Shown here one piece after another: positions 1 through 12,500 of a stretch of 64,000 bases of DNA. Under the pieces are notes generated by a model that made no database searches, was not told the origin of the DNA, and saw only the letters and a list, made by a program, of their open reading frames with translations. Positions within the stretch are counted from its first letter, which is position 1. Each line of letters starts with the position of its first letter. Both the position numbers and the translations under genes were made by a program. The DNA comes from Glycera tridactyla (Eukaryota): positions 46,934,001-46,998,000 of the forward strand of contig OZ286471.1 in assembly GCA_965644265.1 (NCBI GenBank). The letters are read 5' to 3'.

Positions 1-350
1 TTCTTCCCTCCTCTTCTAAACAGTATTTACTCACCCCTTCCTATTGATCTACAATATTTTGGAATTGGATACACTGTATCATCCAACAATATGTACTTCA
101 ATCTTGAGAAGCCATCTCGTATCTCCGCAATACTTCATGCTTCAAACAGACCGATTTTTTGGATTAGTTAAAGAATATTGTCCAAAACATATGTAGTTCT
201 GCCTTCTCGGAATTTCAGGCCATCAATAGCTCCTAACTCGCTCGATTATTCAGTTTCACTTTATACAGAAAATACTACTATCACAGATTGCATGGACTCT
301 ATTGCCATCGCCATGATATATTTCATGATTCCATTCACTGCATTTTCCAG

Positions 351-524
351 ATGGTTGCTATATACCTACAGTGGGTGGAACTGCCAATGGTGCTAGCTGT
401 GTCTTTCCATTTTTCTACGGAGGTGACAAATACTGGCAATGTACTGTCGTGAAGAACAACAATCAGGCATGGTGTTCTACAACTACCTTCTATGATGTTG
501 ACAAAAAATGGGGCAATTGTTTAG
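351..524 (+). CDS. FN2 exon, array unit 1
   Basis: 174 nt, ccag|...|gtaggc; DGCYIPTVGGTANGASCVFPFFYGGDKYWQCTVVKNNNQAWCSTTTFYDVDKKWGNCL. Confidence 0.9.
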
Positions 525-3500
525 GTAGGCAAGTTGGTAATAGACTGCTTGTTTTGTTGTGAACTCAACTTGTTTTCATGGATTTTCATTTCATACTGAT
601 TGTGCCATGAATATATTGAATTTGTGATGCACGTCAATCTTGACCTGAAGTTTGTGAGTTGATTCCGAAGATTCAGAGAGTATCTTCGAAGCAGTCCTGC
701 ATGGCACTGATAAGTAACTGAGATATCTGTAACCGGAACATTCTTACATCCGATTGTTGATTGTTACTCAATTCAACAGTGTGTGATTATGATATGTAGA
801 ATTTCGTTAAAGCAATTTACAACTGTCAAATTGAATTGCACATTCACCAATTGACTATTTCCTGCATACTGCCTGCTCTACATTTTCCTAGATCTCAAAT
901 GTGGCGAATCCACCCTTGTTGCATCAACATTAGTAACAGAGGCATCCTCATCGGCATCACCCAGGCCATCCATACTTCCCACACAGCAAGTCACTCTACC
1001 AGGTAATATACCTCTGGCAGCTATATCATGAAGTTTCTGGCCATTCTCTAAAGGCATTAGGTGATTTTATACGAATGCAAACCCATACTACATCTCTCAC
1101 AAAAAAGATTGCTTGTCGCTTCTGTAACTGCATGATCTGGAATTGCCATTTGGAGCCTGTTATCCAAAAATGCACTAGTTCATAAGTGATGGTTAATATC
1201 TCTGGAATGTCACTGAGGTGAATTGGTCACCAATAATGACCAATGTCTGTCTGTAATTGGTCGCATATTCTTCCCTCCTCTTCTAAACAGTATTTACTCA
1301 GCACTCCCTTTGATCTACAATATTTTGGAATTGGATACACTGTATCATCCAACATTATGTACTTCAATCTTGAGAAGCCATTTAGTATCTCCGCAATACT
1401 TCATGCTTCAAACAGACCGCTTTTTTGGATTAGTTGAAGAATATTGTCCAAAACATATGTAGTTCTCCCCTTTAGGAATTTCAGGCAATCAATTGCTCCT
1501 AACTCGCTCGATTTATCAGTTTCACTTTCTACAGAAAATACAACTCGCTCGATTTATCGGTTTCACTTTCTACAGAAAATACAACCATCACAGATTGCAT
1601 GGACTCCATTGCCATCTCCATGATATATTTCATGGGTTAAATCACTGCATTTTTCAGATGGTTGCTATATACCTACAGTGGGTGGAACTGCCAATGGTGC
1701 TAGCTGTGTCTTTCCATTTTTCTACGGAGGTGACAAATACTGGCAATGTACTGTCGTGAAGAACAACAACCGGGCATGGTGTTCTACAACTACCTTCTAT
1801 GATGTTGACAAAAGATGGGGCAATTGTTTAGGTAGGCAAGTTGGTAAAAGACTGCTAGGCTCGTTGTGAACTCAACTTGTTACTGTGAATTTTAATTTCA
1901 TGCTGAGTGTGCCATGAATGTATTGAGTTTGTGATGCACATATATCTGGACCTGAAGTTTGTGAGTTGATTCCGAACGTTCAGAGAGTATCTTTGAAGCA
2001 GTCCTGCATGGCACTGATGATTAACTGAGATAATGGAAATCGAAACATTCTCACATCCGATCGTTGATTGTTACTCGATTCAACAGTGTGTGATTATGAT
2101 ATGTAGAATCTCATTGAAGCAATTTGCAACTGTAAAATCGAATTGCACATTCACCAGTTGACCATTTCCTGCATACTGCATGCTCTACATTTTCCTAGAT
2201 CTCAAATGCAGCGAATCCACCCTTGTTGCATCAACATTAGTAACAGAGGCATCCTCATCGGCATCACCCAGGCCAACAATACTTCCAACACGGCAAGTCA
2301 CTCTACCAGGTAATATACCTCTGGCACCTATATCATGAAGTTTCTGGCCATTCTCACAAATGCATCAGGTGATAATATACGAACGCAAACCCATATTACA
2401 TCAGTCAAAAAACAGATTGTTCGCCTCTCCTGTGACTGCATGATCTGGAATTGCCATGTTGAGCCTGTTATCCAAAAATGCACTAGTTCATAAGTGAAGG
2501 CCAATGTCTCTCGAATGTCACTGAGGTGAATTGGTCACCAATGATGACCAATGTCTATGTGTAATTGGTCGCAGATTCTTCCCTCCTCTTCCAAACAGTA
2601 TTCACTCGGCACTCCCTTTGATCTACAACATTGTGGAATTGGATAAACTGTATCATCCAACATTATGCACTTCTATCTTGAAAAGCCATTTTGTATCTCC
2701 GCAATACTTCATGCTTCAAACAGACCGCTTTTTTGGATTGGTTAAAGAATATTGTCCAAAACATGTGTAGTTCTCCCTTCTCGGAATTTCAGGCAATCAA
2801 TAGCTCCTAACTCTCTCGATTTATCAGTTTCACTTTCTACAGAAAATACAACTTGCTCGATTTATCAGTTTCACTTTCTACAGAAAATACAACCATCACA
2901 GATTGCATGGACTCCATTGCCATCTCCATGATATATTTCATGGGTTAAATCACTGCATTTTTCAGATGGTTGCTATATACCTACAGTGGGTGGAACTGCC
3001 AATGGTGCTAGCTGTGTCTTTCCATTTTTCTATGGAGGTGACAAATACTGGCAATGTACTGTCGTGAAGAACAACAACCGGGCATGGTGTTCTACAACTA
3101 CCTTCTATGATGTTGACAAAAAGTGGGGCAATTGTTTAGGTAGGCAAGTTGGTAATAGACTGCTAGGTTCGTCGTGAACTCAACTTGTTACTGTGGATTC
3201 TAATTTCATGCTGAGTGTGCCATGAATATATTGAATTTGTGATGCACATATATCTGGACCTGAAGTTTGTGAGTTGATTCCGAAAGTTCAGAGAGTATCT
3301 TTGAAGCAGTCCTGCATGGCACTGATGATTAACTGAGATAATGGTAACCGAAACATTCTCACATCCGATCGTTGATTGTTACTCGATTCAACAGTGTGTG
3401 ATTATGATATGTAGAATCTCATTGAAGCAATTTGCAACTGTAAAATTGAATTGCACATTCACCAGTTGACCATTTCCTGCATACTGCATGCTCTACATTT

Positions 3501-6500
3501 TCCTAGATCTCAAATGCAGCGAATCCACCCTTGTTGCATCAATATTAGTAACAGAGGCATCCTCATCGGCATCACTCAGGCCAACCATACTTCCAACACA
3601 GCAAGTCACTCTACCAGGTAATATACCTCTGGCAGCTATATCATGAAGTTTCTGGCCATTCTCTAAAGGCATTAGGTGATTTTATACAAATGCAAACCCA
3701 TACTACATCTGTCACAAAAAAGATTGCTTGTCGCTTCTGTAACTGCATGATCTGGAATTGCCATTTGGAGCCTGTTGTCAAAAAATGCACTAGTTCATAA
3801 GTGATGGTTAATATCTCTGGAATGTCACTGAGGTGAATTGGTCACCAATAATGACCAATGTCTGTCTGTAATTGGTCGCATATTCTTCCCTCCTCTTCCA
3901 AACAGTATTCACTCAGCACTCCCTTTGATCTACAATATTTTGGAATTGGATACACTGTATCATCCAACAATATGTACTTCAATCTTGAGAAGCCATTTAG
4001 TATCTCCGCAATACTTCATGCTTCAAACAGACCACTTTTTTGGATTAGTTAAAGAATATTGTCCGAAACATGTGTAGTTCTCCCTTCTCGGAATTTCAGG
4101 CAATCAATAGCTCCTAACTCGCTCGATTTATCAGTTTCACTTTCTACAGAAAATACAACCATCACAGATTGCATGGACTCCATTGCCATCTCCATGATAT
4201 ATTTCATGGGTTCATTCACTACATTTTCCAGATGGTTGCTATATACCTACAGTGGGTGGAACTGCCAATGGTGCTAGCTGTGTCTTTCCATTTTTCTACG
4301 GAGGTGACAAATACTGGCAATGTACTGTCGTGAAGAACAACAACCGGGCATGGTGTTCTACAACTACCTTCTATGATGTTGACAAAAGATGGGGCAATTG
4401 TTTAGGTAGGCAAGTTGGTAAAAGACTGCTAGGCTCGTTGTGAACTCAACTTGTTACTGTGAATTTTAATTTCATGCTGAGTGTTCCATGAATATATTGA
4501 GTTTGTGATGCACATATATCTGGACCTGAAGTTTGTGAGTTGATTCCGAAAGTTCAGAGAGTATCTTTGAAGCAGTCCTGCATGGCACTGATAAGTAACT
4601 GAGATAATGGTAACCGAAACATTCTTACATCCGATCATTGATTGTTACTCAATTCAACAGTGTGTGGTTATGATATGTAGAATCTCATTGAAGCAATTTG
4701 CAACTGTAAAATTGAATCGCACATTCACAAGTTGACCATTTCCTGCATACTGCATGCTCTACATTTTCCTAGATCTCAAATGCAGCGAATCCACCCTTGT
4801 TGCATCAACATTAGTAACAGAGGCATCCTCATCGGCATCACCCAGGCCAACCATACTTCCAACACAGCAAGTCACTCTACCAGGTAATATACCTCTGGCA
4901 CCTATATCATAAAGTTTCTGGCCATTCTCACAAATGCATCAGGTGATAATATACGAACGCAAACCCATATTACATCAGTCAAAAAACAGCTTGTTTGCCC
5001 CTCCTGTGACTGCATGATCTGGAATTGCCATGTTGAGCCTGTTATCCAAAAATGCACTAGTTCATAAGTGATAGTCAATGTCTCTTGAATGTCACTGAGG
5101 TGAATTGGTCACCAATGATGACCAATGTCCATGTGTAATTGGTCGCAGATTCTTCCCTCCTCTTCCAAACAGTATTCACTCGGCACTCCCTTTGATCTAC
5201 AACATTGTGGAATTGGATAAACTGTATCATCCAACATTATGCACTTCTATCTTGGAAAGCCATTTTGTATCTCCGCAATACTTCATGCTTCAAACAGACC
5301 GCTTTTTTGGATTGGTTAAAGAATATTGTCCAAAACATGTGTAGTTCTCCCTTCTCGGAATTTCAGGCAATCAATAGCTCCTAACTTGCTCGATTTATCA
5401 GTTTCACTTTCTACAGAAAATACAACTCGCTCGATTTATCAGTTTCACTTTCTACAGAAAATACAACCATCACAGATTGCATGGACTCCTTTGCCATCTC
5501 CATGATATATTTCATGGGTTAAATCACTGCATTTTTCAGATGGTTGCTATATACCTACAGTGGGTGGAACTGCCAATGGTGCTAGCTGTGTCTTTCCATT
5601 TTTCTATGGAGGTGACAAATACTGGCAATGTACTGTCGTGAAGAACAACAACCGGGCATGGTGTTCTACAACTACCTTCTATGATGTTGACAAAAAATGG
5701 GGCAATTGTTTAGGTAGGCAAGTTGGTAATAGACTGCTAGGTTCGTCGTGAACTCAACTTGTTACTGTGGATTCTAATTTCATGCTGAGTGTGCCATGAA
5801 TATATTGAATTTGTGATGCACATATATCTGGACCTGAAGTTTGTGAGTTGATTCCGAAAGTTCAGAGAGTATCTTTGAAGCAGTCCTGCATGGCACTGAT
5901 GATTAACTGAGATAATGGTAACCGAAACATTCTCACATCCGATCGTTGATTGTTACTCGATTCAACAGTGTGTGATTATGATATGTAGAATCTCATTGAA
6001 GCAATTTGCAACTGTAAAATTGAATTGCACATTCACCAGTTGACCATTTCCTGCATACTGCATGCTCTACATTTTCCTAGATCTCAAATGCAGCGAATCC
6101 ACCCTTGTTGCATCAACATTAGTAACAGAGGCATCCTCATCGGCATCACCCAGGCCAACCATACTTCCAACACAGCAAGTCACTCTACCAGGTAATATAC
6201 CTCTGGCAGCTATATCATAAAGTTTCTGGCCTTTCTCAAAAGGCATTAGGTGATTTTATACGAATGCAAACCCATACTACATCTCTCACAAAAAAGATTG
6301 CTTGTCGCTTCTGTAACTGCATGATCTGGAATTGCCATTAGGAGCCTGTTGTCCAAAAATGCACTAGTTCATAAGTGATGGTTAATATCTCTGGAATGTC
6401 ACTGAGGTGAATTGGTCACCAATAATGACCAATGTCTGTCTGTAATTGGTCGCAGATTCTTCCCTCCTCTTCCAAACAGTATTCACTCAGCACTCCCTTT

Positions 6501-9500
6501 GATCTACAATATTTTGGAATTGGATACACTGTATCATCCAACAATATGTACTTCAATCTTGAGAAGCCATTTAGTATCTCCGCAATACTTCATGCTTCAA
6601 ACAGACCACTTTTATGGATTAGTTAAAGAATATTGTCCGAAACATGTGTAGTTCTCCCTTCTCGGAATTTCAGGCAATCAATAGCTCCTAACTCGCTCGA
6701 TTTATCAGTTTCACTTTCTACAGAAAATACCACCATCACAGATTGCATGGACTCCATTGCCATCTCCATGATGTATTTCATGGGTTCATTCACTACATTT
6801 TCCAGATGGTTGCTATATACCTACAGTGGGTGGAACTGCCAATGGTGCTAGCTGTGTCTTTCCATTTTTCTACGGAGGTGACAAATACTGGCAATGTACT
6901 GTCGTGAAGAACAACAACCGGGCATGGTGTTCTACAACTACCTTCTATGATGTTGACAAAAGATGGGGCAATTGTTTAGGTAGGCAAGTTGGTAAAAGAC
7001 TGCTAGGCTCGTTGTGAACTCAACTTGTTACTGTGAATTTTAATTTCATGCTGAGTGTTCCATGAATGTATTGAGTTTGTGATGCACATATATCTGGACC
7101 TGAAGTTTGTGAGTTGATTCCGAAAGTTCAGAGAGTATCTTTGAAGCAGTCCTGCATGGCACTGATAAGTAACTGAGATAATGGTAACCGAAACATTCTT
7201 ACATCCGATCATTGATTGTTACTCAATTCAACAGTGTGTGGTTATGATATGTAGAATCTCATTGAAGCAATTCGCAACTGTAAAATTGAATCGCACATTC
7301 ACCAATTGACCATTTTCTGCATACTGTCTGCTCTACATTTTCCTAGATCTCAAATGCAGCGAATCCACCCTTGTTGCATCAACATTAGTAACAGAGGCAT
7401 CCGCATCGACATCACCCAGGCCAACCATACTTCCAACACAGCAAGTCACTCTACCAGGTAATATACCTCTGGCACCTATATCATGAAGTTTCTGGCCATT
7501 CTCACAAATGCATCAGGTGATAATATACGAACGCAAACCCATATTACATCAGTCAAAAAACAGATTGTTTGCCCCTCCTGTGACTGCATGATCTGGAATT
7601 GCCATGTTGAGCCTGTTATCCAAAAATGAACTAGTTCATAAGTGATAGTCAATGTCTCTGGAATGTCACTGAGGTGAATTGGTCACCAATGATGACCAAT
7701 GTCTATGTGTAATTGGTCGCAGATTCTTCCCTCCTCTTCCGAACAGTATTCACCCGGCACTCCCTTTGATCTACAACATTGTGGAATTGGATAAACTGTA
7801 TCATCCAACAATATGTACTTCAATCTTGAGAAGCCATTTAGTATCTCCGCAATACTTCATGCTTCAAACAGACCACTTTTATGGATTAGTTAAAGAATAT
7901 TGTCCGAAACATGTGTAGTTCTCCCTTCTCGGAATTTCAGGCAATCAATAGCTCCTAACTCGCTCGATTTATCAGTTTCACTTTCTACAGAAAATACCAC
8001 CATCACAGATTGCATGGACTCCATTGCCATCTCCATGATGTATTTCATGGGTTCATTCACTACATTTTCCAGATGGTTGCTATATACCTACAGTGGGTGG
8101 AACTGCCAATGGTGCTAGCTGTGTCTTTCCATTTTTCTACGGAGGTGACAAATACTGGCAATGTACTGTCGTGAAGAACAACAACCGGGCATGGTGTTCT
8201 ACAACTACCTTCTATGATGTTGACAAAAGATGGGGCAATTGTTTAGGTAGGCAAGTTGGTAAAAGACTGCTAGGCTCGTTGTGAACTCAACTTGTTACTG
8301 TGGATTTTAATTTCATGCTGAGTGTTCCATGAATGTATTGAGTTTTTGATGCACATATATCTGGACCTGAAGTTTGTGAGTTGATTCCGAAAGTTCAGAG
8401 AGTATCTTTGAAGCAGTCCTGCATGGCACTGATAAGTAACTGAGATAATGGTAACCGAAACATTCTTACATCCGATCATTGATTGTTACTCAATTCAACA
8501 GTGTGTGGTTATGATATGTAGAATCTCATTGAAGCAATTCGCAACTGTAAAATTGAATCGCACATTCACCAATTGACCATTTTCTGCATACTGTCTGCTC
8601 TACATTTTCCTAGATCTCAAATGCAGCGAATCCACCCTTGTTGCATCAACATTAGTAACAGAGGCATCCGCATCGACATCACCCAGGCCAACCATACTTC
8701 CAACACAGCAAGTCACTCTACCAGGTAATATACCTCTGGCACCTATATCATGAAGTTTCTGGCCATTCTCACAAATGCATCAGGTGATAATATACGAACG
8801 CAAACCCATATTACATCAGTCAAAAAACAGATTGTTTGCCCCTCCTGTGACTGCATGATCTGGAATTGCCATGTTGAGCCTGTTATCCAAAAATGAACTA
8901 GTTCATAAGTGATAGTCAATGTCTCTGGAATGTCACTGAGGTGAATTGGTCACCAATGATGACCAATGTCTATGTGTAATTGGTCGCAGATTCTTCCCTC
9001 CTCTTCCGAACAGTATTCACCCGGCACTCCCTTTGATCTACAACATTGTGGAATTGGATAAACTGTATCATCCAACATTATGCACTTCTATCTTGGAAAG
9101 CCATTTTGTATCTCCGCAATACTTCATGCTTCAAACAGACCACCTTTTTGGATTGGTTAAAGAATATTGTCCAAAACATGTGTAGTTCTCCCTTCTCGGA
9201 ATTTCAGGCAATCAATAGCTCCTAACTCGCTCAATTTATCAGTTCCACTTTCTACAGAAAATACAACTCGCTCGATTTATCAGTTTCACTTTCTACAGAA
9301 AATACAACCATCACAGATTGCATGGACTCCAATGCCATCTCCATGATATATTTCATGGGTTAAATCACTGCATTTTTCAGATGGTTGCTATATACCTACA
9401 GTGGGTGGAACTGCCAATGGTGCTAGCTGTGTCTTTCCATTTTTCTACGGAGGTGACAAATACTGGCAATGTACTGTCGTGAAGAACAACAACCGGGCAT

Positions 9501-12500
9501 GGTGTTCTACAACTACCTTCTATGATGTTGACAAAAAATGGGGCAATTGTTTAGGTAGGCAAGTTGGTAATAGACTGCTAGGTTCGTCGTGAACTCAACT
9601 TGTTACTGTGGATTCTAATTTCATGATGAGTGTGCCATGAATATATTGAATTTGTGATGCACATATATCTGGACCTGAAGTTTGTGAGTTGATTCCGAAA
9701 GTTCAGAGAGTATCTTTGAAGCAGTCCTGCATGGCACTGATGATTAACTGAGATAATGGTAACCGAAACATTCTCACATCCGATCGTTGATTGTTACTCG
9801 ATTCAACAGTGTGTGATTATGATATGTAGAATCTCATTGAAGTAATTTGCAACTGTAAAATTGAATTGCACATTCACCAGTTGACCATTTCCTGCATACT
9901 GCCTGCTCTACATTTTCCTAGATCTCAAATGCAGCGAATCCACCCTTGTTGCATCAACATTAGTAACAGAGGCATCCTCATCGGCATCACCCAGGCCAAC
10001 CATACTTCCAACACAGCAAATCACTCTACCAGGTAATATACCTCTGGCAGCTATATCATGAAGTTTCTGGCCATTCTCTAAAGGCATTAGGTGATTTTAT
10101 ACGAATGCAAACCCATACTTCATCTGTCACAATAATGATTGCTTGTCGCTTCTGTAACTGCATGATCTGGAATTGCCATTTGGAGCCTGTTATCCAAGAA
10201 TGCACTAGTTCATAAGTGATGGTTAATATCTCTGGAATGTCACTGAGGTGAATTGGTCACCAATAATGACCAATGTCTGTCTGTAATTGGTCGCATATTC
10301 TTCCCTCCTCTTCCAAACAGTATTCACTCAGCACTCCCTTTGATCTACAATATTTTGGAATTGGATACACTGTATCATCCAACAATATGTACTTCAATCT
10401 TGAGAAGCCATTTAGTATCTCCGCAATACTTCATGCTTCAAACAGACCACTTTTTTGGATTAGTTAAAGAATATTGTCCGAAACATGTGTAGTTCTCCCT
10501 TCTCGGAATTTCAGGCAATCAATAGCTCCTAACTCGCTCGATTTATCAGTTTCACTTTCTACAGAAAATACCACCATCACAGATTGCATGGACTCCATTG
10601 CCATCTCCATGATATATTTCATGGGTTCATTCACTACATTTTCCAGATGGTTGCTATATACCTACAGTGGGTGGAACTGCCAATGGTGCTAGCTGTGTCT
10701 TTCCATTTTTCTACGGAGGTGACAAATACTGGCAATGTACTGTCGTGAAGAACAACAACCGGGCATGGTGTTCTACAACTACCTTCTATGATGTTGACAA
10801 AAGATGGGGCAATTGTTTAGGTAGGCAAGTTGGTAAAAGACTGCTAGGCTCGTTGTGAACTCAACTTGTTACTGTGAATTTTAATTTCATGCTGAGTGTT
10901 CCATGAATATATTGAGTTTGTGATGCACATATATCTGGACCTGAAGTTTGTGAGTTGATTCCGAAAGTTCAGAGAGTATCTTTGAAGCAGTCCTGCATGG
11001 CTCTGATAAGTAACTGAGATAATGGTAACCGAAACATTCTTACATCCGATCATTGATTGTTACTCAATTCAACAGTGTGTGGTTATGATATGTAGAATCT
11101 CATTGAAGCAATTCGCAACTGTAAAATTGAATCGCACATTCACCAATTGACCATTCTCTGCATACTGCCTGCTCTACATTTTCCTAGATCTCAAATGCAG
11201 CGAATCCACCCTTGTTGCATCAACATTAGTAACAGAGGCATCCTCATCGGCATCACCCAGGCCAACCATACTTCCAACACAGCAAGTCACTCTACCAGGT
11301 AATATACCTCTGGCACCTATATCATGAAGTTTCTGGCCATTCTCACAAATGCATCAGGTGATAATATACGAACGCAAACCCATATTACATCAGTCAAAAA
11401 ACAGATTGTTTGCCCCTCCTGTGACTGCATGATCTGGAATTGCCATGTTGAGCCTGTTATCCAAAAATGCACTAGTTCATAAGTGATAGTCAATGTCTCT
11501 CGAATGACACTGAGGCGAATTGGTCACCAATGATGACCAATGTCTATGTGTAATTGGTCGCAGATTCTTCCCTCCTCTTCCAAACAGTATTCACTCGGCA
11601 CTCCCTTTGATCTACAACATTGTGGAATTGGATAAACTGTATCATCCAACATTATGCACTTCAATCTTGAAAAGCCATTTTGTATCTCCGCAATACTTCA
11701 TGCTTCAAACAGACCGCTTTTTTGGATTGGTTAAAGAATATTGTCCAAAACATGTGTAGTTCTCCCTTCTCGGAATTTCAGGCAATCAATAGCTCCTAAC
11801 TCGCTCGATTTATCAGTTTCACTTTCTACAGAAAATACAACTCGCTCGATTTATCAGTTTCACTTTCTACAGAAAATACAACCATCACAGATTGCATGGA
11901 CTCCATTGCCATCTCCATGATATATTTCATGGGTTAAATCACTGCATTTTTCAGATGGTTGCTATATACCTACAGTGGGTGGAACTGCCAATGGTGCTAG
12001 CTGTGTCTTTCCATTTTTCTACGGAGGTGACAAATACTGGCAATGTACTGTCGTGAAGAACAACAACCGGGCATGGTGTTCTACAACTACCTTCTATGAT
12101 GTTGACAAAAAATGGGGCAATTGTTTAGGTAGGCAAGTTGGTAATAGACTGCTTGGTTCGTCGTGAACTCAACTTGTTACTGTGGATTCTAACTTCATGC
12201 TGAATGTGCCATGAATATATTGAATTTGTGATGCACATATATCTGGACCTGAAGTTTGTGAGTTGATTCCGAAAGTTCAGAAAGTATCTTTGAAGCAGTC
12301 CTGCATGGCACTGATGATTAACTGAGATAATGGTAACCGAAACATTCTCACATCTGATTGTTGATTGTTACTCGATTCAACAGTGTGTGATTATGATATG
12401 TAGAATCTCATTGAAGCAATTTGCAATTGTAAAATTGAATTGCACATTCACCAGTTGACCATTTCCTGCATACTGCATGCTCTACATTTTCCTAGATCTC

